A stretch of DNA of 64,000 nucleotides from an uncultured Candidatus Saccharibacteria bacterium (lineage in GTDB: Bacteria; Patescibacteriota; CALEFQ01), in assembly GCA_965230955.1 (NCBI GenBank), contig OZ246404.1, positions 856,790-920,789 of the forward strand. Direction: 5' to 3'. The position numbers and the translations under genes were made by a program. Below, one piece after another: positions 28,465-38,534 of the stretch (its first letter is position 1; each line of letters starts with the position of its first letter). The notes beneath the pieces were generated by a model, which saw only the letters and a list, made by a program, of their open reading frames with translations, did no database searches and had not been told where the DNA came from.

Positions 28465-29727
28465 TTATTTGATATTTTCCCCCGCCAGATACCCCGTACT
28501 CCAACAAACTTGCAAATTGAAACCGCCGGAAGGCCCGTCTATGCCGAGAATTTCCCCGGCAAAATATAGATTATCGATCAATTTTGATCGCATAGTTTTA
28601 TCGTCTATCTCAGTCAACGTGATCCCGCCACTCGTCACCATCGCCTCATCAAAACCTTTTAGTCCCGCGACTGACAGCTCCAGTTTTTTCAGCATTCGGG
28701 CGAAGGATTGTCTTTCCTCTCGAGTAATCGCCCCGGCGGGTTTCTCTGAATCAAAATGATTGAGACCGGCGACAATCGAAATCAGCTTGCGCGGAACCAG
28801 GCCGGTCAAACAATTTTGAAACGCCTTTTTGGGCAGTGATTCGATTTGCTCCAGTAAAGTTTGATCCAGCTCGGCCATAGTCAGATCCGGCAAACAATCC
28901 AGGGACAGACGGACTTCTCCTTGGGCCAGCAAAGGACCGACCCGACCGCTGATATTCAAAATCGCCGGGCCGCTCAAACCAAAATGGGCAAACAAACAAT
29001 CGCCTCTCTCCACCGCCCGCTCTTTTTCGTTTTGCCGCAAACTGACATCAATTCCAGCCAAACTAATCCCCGCCAAATCTTTGATCCATGGCTCTTTGAT
29101 CACGATCGGCGACAGCGCCGGATATAATTTGGCCGCATGATGGCCAAGATCAGCGGCCCATTTAAAACCGGCGCCGGTCGATCCGGTAGAGGGATAAGCC
29201 ACTCCCCCTGTGCAAAAAACAAAATTTCGGGCGAAAATAGCGCCTTGCGCCGTTTCGATTTTGGTAATCTTGCGATTTTGCTTTTCGATCCCTGTCACTT
29301 CCGAATTGTCGATGATGACGACCCGGTTCCGGACGAGGTATTTTTCCAGCGCGACCAAAACATCTTCCGCTTTGTCACTGCGCGGGAAAATTCGGTCGCC
29401 TTCCGATTTCGTGGCTACGCCAAGATTTTCAAAAAAATCGATGGTCGCCCGAGGACCGAAAGTAGCGAAAGCATGCCAAAGAAATTTACCGCGATCGCCG
29501 TATTTTTTCACCAGTGCGCGCAGATCGAATTCCGCGTTGGCCAAATTGCACCGCCCGTGGCCGGTCAGGAGAAGTTTTTTACCCGGACGCTCGTTTTTCT
29601 CTAACAAAACCACCTTGGCGCCAAGCGAGGCTGCCCGCCCGGCGGCCATCAATCCGGCCGGACCCGCGCCGATAACCGCGATATCAAATTTTTTTATCGT
29701 TTCCAATGTCTTCATTAACTGCGCCAC
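28465..29727 (-). CDS. FAD-dependent flavoprotein, HI0933/BaiN-like family
   Basis: N-terminal dinucleotide-binding motif DIAVIGAGPAGLMAAGRAA. GHGRCNL motif typical of HI0933-like proteins. Confidence 0.8.
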   Translation of the reverse strand: MAQLMKTLETIKKFDIAVIGAGPAGLMAAGRAASLGAKVVLLEKNERPGKKLLLTGHGRCNLANAEFDLRALVKKYGDRGKFLWHAFATFGPRATIDFFENLGVATKSEGDRIFPRSDKAEDVLVALEKYLVRNRVVIIDNSEVTGIEKQNRKITKIETAQGAIFARNFVFCTGGVAYPSTGSTGAGFKWAADLGHHAAKLYPALSPIVIKEPWIKDLAGISLAGIDVSLRQNEKERAVERGDCLFAHFGLSGPAILNISGRVGPLLAQGEVRLSLDCLPDLTMAELDQTLLEQIESLPKKAFQNCLTGLVPRKLISIVAGLNHFDSEKPAGAITREERQSFARMLKKLELSVAGLKGFDEAMVTSGGITLTEIDDKTMRSKLIDNLYFAGEILGIDGPSGGFNLQVCWSTGYLAGENIK

Positions 29728-29856
29728 TTTAAAACGCTAGCGGCACATTTTGATTAAATTCAAAATTTATTAAGGAAAGTAAAAAAGAAATTAAAAGCTA
29801 AAAATTTAAATACCGTTTTATATTTTGAACTTTAAATTTCTTTTAAGCTTTAATTT

Positions 29857-30117
29857 TTAAGCTTTGAATTTCCTAATCTTCGATATTAGTCCTAGCTTCT
29901 CCGACCGCGATAGTTTTTTAATCCTGGTTTCGGCTCTCGCCGCCGTTGATCGACAACGAAATTTTTTAAACCAAGACAGACGTACCGGCCGACGGGCAGC
30001 GGTATATTTGGCGCCGCGCGGAGATGAATTATGCTCCTGCAGGCGGCGAAGTACGTCGGTAGTGATCCCGGTATAGAGCGTACCGTCAGCGCATTTTACT
30101 ATATAGAGAGTGTACAT
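29857..30117 (-). CDS. GIY-YIG nuclease-domain small protein
   Basis: LYIVKCADGTLYTGIT...RRLQEHN matches the GIY-YIG core. 86 aa. Confidence 0.75.
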   Translation of the reverse strand: MYTLYIVKCADGTLYTGITTDVLRRLQEHNSSPRGAKYTAARRPVRLSWFKKFRCRSTAARAETRIKKLSRSEKLGLISKIRKFKA

Positions 30118-30207
30118 AACTGCAATTTAGCCGAATGTGATTAGCAGGTAGATTATAGCAAAAAACCACCTAATTTGGCTAGTTTATCACTAAAATGGTG
30201 CTAGGGG

Positions 30208-30235
30208 TTGCTTTTTCTGGGCAATGCTGTATAAT
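30208..30235 (+). promoter_or_regulatory. Sigma-70-type promoter of the cold-shock gene
   Basis: TTGCTT, a 16-nt spacer, then TATAAT, about 95 nt upstream of the csp start. This is consistent with the long csp 5' UTR. Confidence 0.5.
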
Positions 30236-30330
30236 GAACAAGTAATTAAGTTATCGTTAGAAAAAGAAGTCGATTTTCTCAACATACTTAATAGAGTATT
30301 TCTACCAATTAATTAGCTCAAACCAAGTCT

Positions 30331-30528
30331 ATGACTGGAACTATCAAAAAGCTCACAGACAAGGGCTTCGGATTCATCGCTGTCGAAGGTCAAGAAAAAG
30401 ACCTTTTCTTCCACAGCAAATCTTTGGTCGGCGTGCAATATGCCGAACTCAAAGAGGGTGATACCGTTTCCTTCGAAACTGAGACTACCCCAAAAGGACC
30501 GGCCGCTATCAACGTACAGCGCGCCTAG
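30331..30528 (+). CDS. Cold-shock protein (CspA family)
   Basis: GTIKKLTDKGFGFI...GQEKDLFFH RNP motifs. 65 aa. Confidence 0.9.
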   Translation: MTGTIKKLTDKGFGFIAVEGQEKDLFFHSKSLVGVQYAELKEGDTVSFETETTPKGPAAINVQRA

Positions 30529-30547
30529 TTCTCTCAAATACGAAAAA

Positions 30548-30577
30548 CTGCCCGCCGATTCGGCGAGGCAGTTTTTT
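30548..30577 (+). terminator. Rho-independent terminator after csp
   Basis: CTGCCCGCCGATTCGGCGAGGCAG hairpin followed by TTTTTT. Confidence 0.7.
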
Positions 30578-30796
30578 GTATAGCGCTTGTTCAGAGAAAT
30601 TAATTTCAGTTGGGAAAATTCAAATCCCAATTCACATTCCACGGGCCGGTATCGCCCAGAATAGTGACGTCGGTTACCCCGACCAGGATGGGAAAAAATA
30701 GTTTTCTCATGTTTTGTTTTAATTTTGGCTAACTAATTGATTTGTTAACACCTTTGTTACGACAATGAAAAAACATTCGAAGACATAGGGATCACT

Positions 30797-31015
30797 TCAT
30801 TTATAGCCCTGCCTTATAATTATCGATCTGCTGTATTTGGCAAATAGAAACTTGGCTGTCAAATCAACCCGGAGCATTTCCTCCCAATCAGCCAATTTGC
30901 AATCGACAATATCACCAAGGATACTAATCCAGGCGTTATCGATAAGCACGTCCAGACCACCGAATTTCTCAACGGCTTGAGCTACCTCTTGTCCGAAATC
31001 CACCTTGATTAGCAT
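30797..31015 (-). pseudogene. Fragment of a short-chain dehydrogenase gene (internal ~70 codons only)
   Basis: About 85% nt identity to the internal part of the SDR gene at 32825-33547. It lacks the N- and C-terminal coding regions. Confidence 0.6.
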
Positions 31016-31066
31016 TTAGAACCAACAGCGTGAGAACACCCGTTGTTTTGTGTTTTGCCTCACGAG

Positions 31067-32023
31067 TTAGTCGATCTGGTGGTCAACAAGCATCCCGGAT
31101 TTTCCTGATTTTTCTTTTTTTATGAAAAGCAGTAAGCGATCTACCGCAATAATACCAGGCAATAGCATCGTCAGACCGCCAATCAAGAAGATCCCTCCCA
31201 GATCAGCGGAAGCGTATTCCAAATATCGAGAAAAATACATGATCAAAGGAACCAGTCCTATAATCAGCAAGGTCGGCCCGATACTTTTAGCCTTTAGTTT
31301 TTTCTCTATATATTTATAAACAAACAGCAGGATCGTATAAATGACGATATAACCGAGATAATTATTATACGGAATCGAATAATAGTCGGAAGTATTGGTC
31401 CATTGCCATAAATGGAATACGTTTACCTGAACCGGATCAGCCAGCATGTCAATCCCGACCACGATAAAGCTCGAAATGACAGAAACGAACAAGGATCGTT
31501 TCCACCAACTCTGGACACGTGAAAAAACAGAACTGTCAATGATCAGATTCGCGATAAAATACGACATGAAGAAATAATAAGCATAATGCTGAAATCCGAG
31601 GAAGAGAGGCGTTCCGCCAATCACCGGGCCGGGAAAATTTGCTTGGTCGTAGGAATAGGTCCCGCCAAAAATGCCCAGATGCCCGCTTAAAAATTCCAGC
31701 AACCAGGTTAACCAGAAAATCGCGATGAAGCCTATCAGGGCGGTTTTTAACCCCCGAAAATACCAGAAGCAAAAGAAGGCCGCGACAGATGCCGTGATTA
31801 TTTTCAGGCCATCGGAATATGGAATAACCGGCAGGCTAATGCCTAGCGCCGGGAAGATATTAACGCTAAGTAAAATATAGACAAAAAATATGATGGACGC
31901 GAGGGAAATAGCCAAGACAACTTTTTCTTGGAGAGAGCGTTCAACTCTCGATGATGCTTTTGTGGAAATTGGCATATTTTTAATTTCGTTATCTTGCCTT
32001 ATTTTATCATTTTTGCCTTTCAA
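31067..32023 (-). CDS. Polytopic membrane protein, function unknown
   Basis: At least eight hydrophobic helices and aromatic-rich loops. Confidence 0.55.
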   Translation of the reverse strand: MKGKNDKIRQDNEIKNMPISTKASSRVERSLQEKVVLAISLASIIFFVYILLSVNIFPALGISLPVIPYSDGLKIITASVAAFFCFWYFRGLKTALIGFIAIFWLTWLLEFLSGHLGIFGGTYSYDQANFPGPVIGGTPLFLGFQHYAYYFFMSYFIANLIIDSSVFSRVQSWWKRSLFVSVISSFIVVGIDMLADPVQVNVFHLWQWTNTSDYYSIPYNNYLGYIVIYTILLFVYKYIEKKLKAKSIGPTLLIIGLVPLIMYFSRYLEYASADLGGIFLIGGLTMLLPGIIAVDRLLLFIKKEKSGKSGMLVDHQID

Positions 32024-32117
32024 CGGTCAAAAACAAAAGCAGAGCTTCGGCTACGCTGAATCTCTGCTGGAGTTTACAGGCAATAGCCTGGAACCGATAG
32101 GTTCTAGGCGAAGGCCC

Positions 32118-32362
32118 GGCTCCCCGGGCTGGACTTTCCCATTCACCCCTTCGGGGCTTCGGGAGGCAGGCCGAACCTTTTTCCACGCTCACGAGGATGA
32201 TTGGTTCATCGTGGCATTTATCAAGATTCCCCTGGGACTTTTGCGGCTGCCCGACAGAGGGGTAAACCTATGTGAGTATTACCCTGTTTTCTGTTTCTGA
32301 TTCTAGGGTAGCAAGTTCCCACATCCCTGCAATGTATTTTTTGTCCAGATGGGCAATTTTCT
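32118..32362. repeat. Junction module J1: tRNA-Asn 3'-end fragment (GGCTCCCCGGGCTGGACT) plus conserved ~190-bp F sequence
   Basis: The 18-nt fragment matches the acceptor and T-arm end of tRNA-Asn at 50397-50472. The following ~190 bp recur at 35166, 39338, 41844 and 45682. Confidence 0.75.
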
Positions 32363-32380
32363 AGGCTCATATCAAATAGA

Positions 32381-32716
32381 CTATCCCTTATTCTGTTTTT
32401 TCCAAACTCGATTATTGTTGATTTCTTGTTTATCCCGAAAAGCTTTTTCCAGATCCACCCCAAATTTATTGGCAATGGCACAAAGAAAAATCAACACATC
32501 TGCCAGTTCATCCTTGATAGATCCGGTTTTGGAATCATGAGCTATTTGTTGATTTTCGCTCTTGCGTATCGCCTTGAATAATTCTCCAACTTCCTCGCCC
32601 ATCATAAGGCAATAATGAAAAGTGTCCGTTGAAAACCCACGGTCCTTTTCTACGTCGAGGATATACTTTTGCAAATCTTTTAATCGCGGATTACTTTTTA
32701 GAATAGGCTTAGTCAT
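32381..32716 (-). CDS. MazG-like nucleotide pyrophosphohydrolase (small type)
   Basis: EEVGELFKAI and ELADVLIF motifs. 111 aa. Confidence 0.7.
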   Translation of the reverse strand: MTKPILKSNPRLKDLQKYILDVEKDRGFSTDTFHYCLMMGEEVGELFKAIRKSENQQIAHDSKTGSIKDELADVLIFLCAIANKFGVDLEKAFRDKQEINNNRVWKKQNKG

Positions 32717-32824
32717 ATTTTTAATATAGTTTACTATTGATTAGTTTTATCTTCTTTCTCGCCCCGATCACAGAATAGTATTTTCTAGCTTGAAATTGAG
32801 TAATTTTGTCCTGATGAACAAAAA

Positions 32825-33547
32825 CTAGAGTTTCACCCGCGGATCAATCGTCGTCTCCCCTGTTTTCTTCCCGTCGTTCAAAATGCCGACTATCGTTTCT
32901 GCAACTTCTTCCGCCGTGCCAAGTTTTCCTTTTTTGATTATCTGCTTTTGCTCTTCGGGAGTGAATACATCACGAAAGCGGTCGGTGTCGGTCACCGTGG
33001 GGATTACGGTATTTACTCGAATTCCACTATCTTGGAGTTCACGAGAGAGGCCAATGCTAAGAATATTAGTCCCGGCATTAACCGCGCCATAGGGCACAGA
33101 ACTTGGATCGACATATTCAGCCATCCCTAAGCGAGAAGAAATATTGATGATATTTCCGTCAGCCGACTTTTTCAGGTGCGGGATGCTGTATTTGGCAAAT
33201 AGAAACTTGGCCGTCAGATCTACTCGGAGCATTTCTTCCCAATCAGCTAGTTTGTAATCGACGATATCGCCGAGGATATTGATCCCGGCATTATTGATAA
33301 GCACGTCCAGACCGCCAAATTTCTCAACAGCTTGCACCACCGCTTGCTTTGCCGTTTCTTCTTGTCCGACATCCCCCTTGATCATCAAAATATTCGGACA
33401 TTCTTTGAGTAAGCTCGTGGCCATGTCATCGCGAGATTTATACACACCGACGACATTGCAGCCGAGATTATAAAGCTTATTTGCTGCTGCACGGCCAATA
33501 CCACGACTGGCACCAGTGATTAAGATTATTTTATTCTTGAAATCCAT
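32825..33547 (-). CDS. Short-chain dehydrogenase/reductase
   Basis: TGASRGIG cofactor motif, NNAG motif and a YxxxK active-site region. Confidence 0.85.
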   Translation of the reverse strand: MDFKNKIILITGASRGIGRAAANKLYNLGCNVVGVYKSRDDMATSLLKECPNILMIKGDVGQEETAKQAVVQAVEKFGGLDVLINNAGINILGDIVDYKLADWEEMLRVDLTAKFLFAKYSIPHLKKSADGNIINISSRLGMAEYVDPSSVPYGAVNAGTNILSIGLSRELQDSGIRVNTVIPTVTDTDRFRDVFTPEEQKQIIKKGKLGTAEEVAETIVGILNDGKKTGETTIDPRVKL

Positions 33548-33555
33548 ATAAGTGA

Positions 33556-34350
33556 TTATTTTGCAAATAAATAAGAGGTTGCCTTCGGTTCAAACCCCAT
33601 CTTCTTCAAAGCTTTATACGAGCCAGCGGATTTATCAACCAGGGAATAAAACTCGTTCACCCCCGAGTCGATCGCCACATTACAGCGATGCTTGACCATG
33701 TTGAGATAATGTCCCTGATGGCGATACTTGGGCAGAGTGCCGGCATTGTGGAGATACGTCAAATTCAACTTTGGTGACATCACGATCGAGCCAAAGGCGA
33801 CAAACTCGTGATCGACGGACAGCAGATAGGATTTGTAGAGCGTATCTCGTCCCGAACCATGTTCCAGATCAAAGAAGTATTGAGAATACTCTTTCTCCGA
33901 TTTCCATTCCGGGAAGCATTTAACCGCAATATCGAGATATTCTGCCAGATTTTCTTTGGTCACAGGCACCAGGTCACCGGTCACATCACCAAATTTCTCT
34001 GATATCTCCTGATACATATAAACTTCCGAACCCAATTGCTTATATCCCCGCCGAATCAACTCGGGTTGATATCCGGACATAAGATCCTCGGGAATACAAA
34101 AAGCAATTTCTCGATTCCCCGCCTCGGCTGCACTAATAATCTTCGCAGCCGAATCCCAGGAAAAATCCGCAGGTGAAACAATCGGCACAATGTAGTTATA
34201 CCAGACATCCTTGAACTTCGATTTAACAAACCAAAAAGTTTCGGATTCAATCGCTTCCGGATAAATGCTGCCCTGCAAGAGTTTTAGATTTCGCAGGAAA
34301 AGCGGATTGTCTTTGGCTATATTCATAATAATGGTTTGCAAGTCCTTCAA
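33556..34350 (-). CDS. Two-domain protein with a C-terminal GNAT-like acetyltransferase fold
   Basis: A C-terminal HNAGTLPKYRHQGHYLNMV motif resembles a GNAT acetyl-CoA site. It is ~85% aa identical to the paralog at 36600-37373. Confidence 0.5.
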   Translation of the reverse strand: MKDLQTIIMNIAKDNPLFLRNLKLLQGSIYPEAIESETFWFVKSKFKDVWYNYIVPIVSPADFSWDSAAKIISAAEAGNREIAFCIPEDLMSGYQPELIRRGYKQLGSEVYMYQEISEKFGDVTGDLVPVTKENLAEYLDIAVKCFPEWKSEKEYSQYFFDLEHGSGRDTLYKSYLLSVDHEFVAFGSIVMSPKLNLTYLHNAGTLPKYRHQGHYLNMVKHRCNVAIDSGVNEFYSLVDKSAGSYKALKKMGFEPKATSYLFAK

Positions 34351-34974
34351 TTACTCGGCGTCGACATCGATTATTTCCGTCTTTCCATCCAGCACATGAA
34401 TATACTGACTGTCGCTCAGGAGAACCAGCGGAGACAAACGCTTTTCGTAGGCAATTTTCATCCTCCCGCCCAAGTATTTCTGTTTGAAATCATCCGATCC
34501 CCAATGCGGGGCAATCGTGAAATTGACTAGCCCAAAAGCAGTCAGATCATCCGACTTCATGTCGGGTGAATCTTCCGTAAGATACGCCGGGATCTTTGGC
34601 CCGGCGATGATTGACCCGGCGCTGGTGCCAATATAGATCTTGTCCTTTACCAGTTTCCGCACCAAGTAAACAAACCCGGACCGTCGTGCTTGTTGCAAAA
34701 GATAAGATGTGTCACCTCCTGACATATAGATATAGTCGAATGCCGCCAGGTCCTTTTTTAACTGTGTTTCTGCTTTACCAGTCAGTGTATAGTCAGTAAC
34801 TAAAAAACCCGCATTTACCAACGCTTGCCGATCATTTTTCAGCCAAGTTTTGTCTCCCATCTTAGGCTCTGCCGCCGTATCAATAAAAACAAGCTCCTTG
34901 GCTTTGCCCAAATTTACTTTTTGGGCAATATCATGCGCCACCGCGTGGACGCTTGAGGTTAGAAATAGTTCCAT
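34351..34974 (-). CDS. Peptidase S51 family (dipeptidase E/cyanophycinase-like)
   Basis: YMSGGDT and IGTSAGS nucleophile motifs. Confidence 0.7.
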   Translation of the reverse strand: MELFLTSSVHAVAHDIAQKVNLGKAKELVFIDTAAEPKMGDKTWLKNDRQALVNAGFLVTDYTLTGKAETQLKKDLAAFDYIYMSGGDTSYLLQQARRSGFVYLVRKLVKDKIYIGTSAGSIIAGPKIPAYLTEDSPDMKSDDLTAFGLVNFTIAPHWGSDDFKQKYLGGRMKIAYEKRLSPLVLLSDSQYIHVLDGKTEIIDVDAE

Positions 34975-35063
34975 TTATTTATACCTAGATTATAAGGTTT
35001 TTCTGAGTGAGTAAATGTATGATAACACAGCCGAATTAGACCGGAAAGGACATCGACCGGGCA

Positions 35064-35350
35064 AGCTGGACTCGAACCCTCCATTTTTAGCTAGATATAA
35101 ACAAAAAACAGAGGCATCAACCTCTGTTTTCTCATATGGCTCCACAAGATGGACATCATCCGAACCTTTTTCCATCAGCACGAGGATGATTGGCTCATCG
35201 TGGCATTTATCAAGATTCCCCTGGGACTTTTGCGGCTGCCCGACAGAGGGGTAAACCTATGTGAGTATTACCCTGTTTTCTGTTTCTGATTCTAGAGTAG
35301 CAAGTCTCCAAAACCTGGCAATGCATTTTTTGTCCAGATGGGCAAAAAAC
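35064..35350. repeat. Junction module J2: T-arm core copy, hairpin, degenerate tRNA 3'-end copy and F sequence
   Basis: AGCTGGACTCGAACC at 35064-35078 and TGGCTCCACAAGATGGACATCATCCGAACC at 35137-35165. F spans 35166-35350 and is ~97% identical to J3. Confidence 0.75.
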
Positions 35351-35371
35351 CTGGAGCAAAACAGATTTGCT

Positions 35372-35791
35372 TTAAACTAACTGCGATTTGTCTCCGGTTG
35401 AAAAGTAACTCGCAACATTTATTGCCTTTGAAAATCTATCCTCCTTAGGAAGACCATGAAAATCATTAGCAAACTGGTCCAGTAGATAAACAAGTGGTAT
35501 TGGCTTCAACAATGCTCCGACCGGCACATACATACCCTCACCTGCCCACTGACCAGCGCCGCTTTCTATTAGATAATTATATATGTTTTTGATTTCCGCT
35601 TCTCCGGCATTATATTTTCGAAGTATTTCCGCATGCTCACTCTTAACCATCTCTATCAATTCATTTAAAGCATCTTCACGCGGGCTTGTTTTATTACCAA
35701 GGTCATATACCGTTAGAGGTTGTTGAGAACCAAGTATGGATGAAATTCTTTTAATTTTCCCTAGCCTAATCGTGCTTGAAAAAAAGCCCAT
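35372..35791 (-). CDS. Hypothetical protein (139 aa)
   Basis: ORF co-oriented within cassette B. No recognisable motif. Confidence 0.4.
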   Translation of the reverse strand: MGFFSSTIRLGKIKRISSILGSQQPLTVYDLGNKTSPREDALNELIEMVKSEHAEILRKYNAGEAEIKNIYNYLIESGAGQWAGEGMYVPVGALLKPIPLVYLLDQFANDFHGLPKEDRFSKAINVASYFSTGDKSQLV

Positions 35792-35817
35792 ATATTCAAA
35801 ATTAATTGAAATAAAAC

Positions 35818-36558
35818 CTAATCTTTTCCACCATCTACCACCAGCACACTCCCGGTGATGTAGCTAGCTTCGTCGCTAGCCAAGAACAGAATCGCCTGGG
35901 CGATTTCTTCTGGTTTGGCAAATCTCTTGAGGTAGATCTTACTCGCCTCGTCTTGGACAAATTCACTAGGCAGATCTTTATTCATTTTAGTATCTACCCA
36001 CCCCGGAGCAACGGCATTCACGTTTATTTTCGGCGCGAGCGCCTTAGCGAAATCTTTGGTCAGAGTTATCACACCTGCCTTGGAAGCATCGTAATCAATG
36101 GCGTCCGGACTAAAGCTATTAATAGCGTTGGTGGAAGATATATTGACTATTCGCCCCTTCCCCTTTTTCAACATCCTCTCGGCGACATACTTACTACAGA
36201 GAAAGTTCCCCAGCAAATTAACATCAAGCGTTCTCTGCCATTGATCCATCGTCCTTTCAAACAAGGGCACATCATAGACAATGCCGGCGTTGTTCACTAA
36301 AACATCAATTCCGCCAAATTTCCCCATGGTCTCTGTGACCATTTTTTTGACTTCGTTTTCTTTGGAAACATCGCATTTGATAGCAATCGCCTGAACTCCA
36401 AGTTTTTTTGCCTCATCAGCAACGACCAGAGCCTCTTTTTCAGGAGAAATATAATTGATCACCACATTTGCACCTTCTTTGGCAAATAATAAAGCCGTAG
36501 CTTTTCCTATTCCGCTGCTTGATCCGGTGATTATGGCGGTTTTGTTTTTTAATTTCAT
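35818..36558 (-). CDS. Short-chain dehydrogenase/reductase (FabG-like)
   Basis: TGSSSGIGKA and NNAG motifs with a YxxxK region. Confidence 0.85.
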   Translation of the reverse strand: MKLKNKTAIITGSSSGIGKATALLFAKEGANVVINYISPEKEALVVADEAKKLGVQAIAIKCDVSKENEVKKMVTETMGKFGGIDVLVNNAGIVYDVPLFERTMDQWQRTLDVNLLGNFLCSKYVAERMLKKGKGRIVNISSTNAINSFSPDAIDYDASKAGVITLTKDFAKALAPKINVNAVAPGWVDTKMNKDLPSEFVQDEASKIYLKRFAKPEEIAQAILFLASDEASYITGSVLVVDGGKD

Positions 36559-36599
36559 AAATTGTTTAGTTATATATGCTTGAATGATGTTTTACTAGT

Positions 36600-37373
36600 C
36601 TATTTCCGTGCAAATAAATAAGACGTCGCCTTCGGTTCAAACCCAATCTTCTGCAAAGCTTTATACGAGCCCGCGGATTTGTCAACCAGGGAATAACACT
36701 CGTTCACCCCCGAGTCGATCGCGACATTACAGCGATGCTTGACCATGTTGAGATAATGTCCCTGATGGCGATACTCAGCCACCGTGCCGGCATTGTGGAG
36801 ATACGCCAGATTTAGCTTTGGCGACATCACTATCGAGCCAAAGGCGACAAACTTGTGATCGACGGACAGCAAATATGATTTGTAGAGCGGATCCCGGCCC
36901 GAACCCTGCTCCAGATCAAAGAAGTATTGAGAATACTCTTTCTCCGATTTCCATTCCGGGAAGCATTTAACCGCAATATCGAGATATTCTGCCAGATTTT
37001 CTTTGGTCACAGACACCAGGTCACCTGCCACATCACCAAATTTCTCTTCTATCTTCTGATACATATAGACTTCCGAACCAAATTGTTTATATCTTCGCCG
37101 GATCAACTCGGGTTGATATCCGGACATAAGATCTTCGGGAATATAAAAAGCAATTTCTCGATTCTCCGACGGGGCTGCACCAATAATCTTCGCAGCCGCA
37201 TCCCAGGAAAAATCCGCAGGTAAAACAATCGGCACAATGTAGTTATACCAGATATCCTTGAATTTAGACTTGACGAACCAAAAAGTCTCGGATTCAGTAG
37301 CTTCCGGATAAATGCTACTCTGCAGCAACTTCAAATTTCGCAGGAAAAGTGGATTGTCCTTGGCGATATCCAT
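36600..37373 (-). CDS. Paralog of the GNAT-like two-domain protein
   Basis: About 90% nt identity over ~780 bp to 33556-34350. Confidence 0.5.
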   Translation of the reverse strand: MDIAKDNPLFLRNLKLLQSSIYPEATESETFWFVKSKFKDIWYNYIVPIVLPADFSWDAAAKIIGAAPSENREIAFYIPEDLMSGYQPELIRRRYKQFGSEVYMYQKIEEKFGDVAGDLVSVTKENLAEYLDIAVKCFPEWKSEKEYSQYFFDLEQGSGRDPLYKSYLLSVDHKFVAFGSIVMSPKLNLAYLHNAGTVAEYRHQGHYLNMVKHRCNVAIDSGVNECYSLVDKSAGSYKALQKIGFEPKATSYLFARK

Positions 37374-37406
37374 AATGGATTCAATTATCGAGATTTCTCA
37401 TCGAAA

Positions 37407-37925
37407 TTAACCTTTTTGAGCATCTGCTTTGTCTTCTATAGATTTTTCAACTTTGGGAATAGCCTCACTCAGAAATCGATAAAAACTTTTTGCGCGCTTT
37501 CTCCAGTAAGAATCATCCGGGCTAAATTTATCTCCAGGGGTGACAGTTAACCTTGTATACAAGCAGTCTTCCCGCATTTCTGGGATGCGACTCTGTGCCC
37601 ACGAAAAATTTTCATCTGTTGGAGTAAAATTGTAGCATGTGGCAGATAAGCTCATTACAGTATTGCATTTTGCCTCATGACTAAGCAGCAGTCTAATCTC
37701 ATCATCCCAAATATCTTCACCTGCAAGCAATGTAGCCTTCGCCAATTCTTCTAGCCCTACAATCAACAATGCCTGGGCTTCAGAAAATAAACCTTCTTTC
37801 ATCAACAAACTAGCTGCTGATTGTTTTTTCTTAGCATTGTCGATTGCCGCTTTAGCTAGTTTGTGCCAATTTTCAGTGACGAATTCTTTATCGATCCTTG
37901 GCTTTCTATTTTTTGATTTATTCAT
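37407..37925 (-). CDS. HEPN-domain-like protein
   Basis: Helical protein with an Rx4H motif (RLLLSH) downstream of an LLIVGLEELAKA helix. 4-bp overlap with the upstream MBL gene. Confidence 0.4.
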   Translation of the reverse strand: MNKSKNRKPRIDKEFVTENWHKLAKAAIDNAKKKQSAASLLMKEGLFSEAQALLIVGLEELAKATLLAGEDIWDDEIRLLLSHEAKCNTVMSLSATCYNFTPTDENFSWAQSRIPEMREDCLYTRLTVTPGDKFSPDDSYWRKRAKSFYRFLSEAIPKVEKSIEDKADAQKG

Positions 37926-38515
37926 TTTTTTATAACTTTAAACATTTTCCCATGTCCCGGCACCACATAATCAGCTACTTTTAGTATCTTGCTCCGACTT
38001 TGCCGAAGCTGTTTTTCGTTTTTGACATAGGGATCTCTTTTGGCCAACAAGCTTGCCCGATCTGTTTTTTGAACTTCATTATCTGTCCAAAAAAAGACAT
38101 CCGAAGCAATCGCCACTTTTCCATAGTCTTTGGTGTCCACCAATAATGTCCCCTGGAAAATATCATGCCCAGGGGTTTTGATTATCTTAATTCCCGTTCC
38201 CGGTATTTTCCCGTCATGATCTTCGATTCGTCCATCCCAAGAATAGATTGAACTATCATCAACAACCTTGGCCGATTCAAAGATACCAGTGAGCAACGCA
38301 TGGTCGGAATGCATGTGAGTTAGAAAAACAAAGTCAATATCAGACAATGACAAGTCAGCGCGTTTTAAGGACGCCAATAGCTTATTCCGATTCATCCCGG
38401 GATCAACCACAATGTTTAGTCCCTTGTCTTGAATCAACGTCGTAGTCGAGGAAGCATATTCACCCCCCTTTTCTTCTCGGGCATAGCCGGGAATAAGGAT
38501 TTTTAGTTTGGCCAT
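37922..38515 (-). CDS. MBL-fold metallo-hydrolase
   Basis: HxHxDH motif (THMHSDHA) and downstream His/Asp ligands. Confidence 0.8.
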   Translation of the reverse strand: MAKLKILIPGYAREEKGGEYASSTTTLIQDKGLNIVVDPGMNRNKLLASLKRADLSLSDIDFVFLTHMHSDHALLTGIFESAKVVDDSSIYSWDGRIEDHDGKIPGTGIKIIKTPGHDIFQGTLLVDTKDYGKVAIASDVFFWTDNEVQKTDRASLLAKRDPYVKNEKQLRQSRSKILKVADYVVPGHGKMFKVIKK

Positions 38516-38534
38516 AAATTTAATCTTAATTTTT

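Noticed and set aside
30313-30642. 109-aa ORF antisense to the cold-shock gene
   Set aside because: It overlaps the strongly supported csp CDS on the opposite strand. It has no independent signal.
32221-32481. Cys-containing small ORFs (86 aa here, 68 aa at 39381-39587) spanning the F junction repeat
   Set aside because: Nucleotide conservation between copies begins in the middle of the ORF at NCPSGQK and continues past the stop, and the N-terminal halves are unrelated. The conserved unit is therefore the DNA repeat, not a protein. The J2 copy carries the same DNA with a shorter frame.
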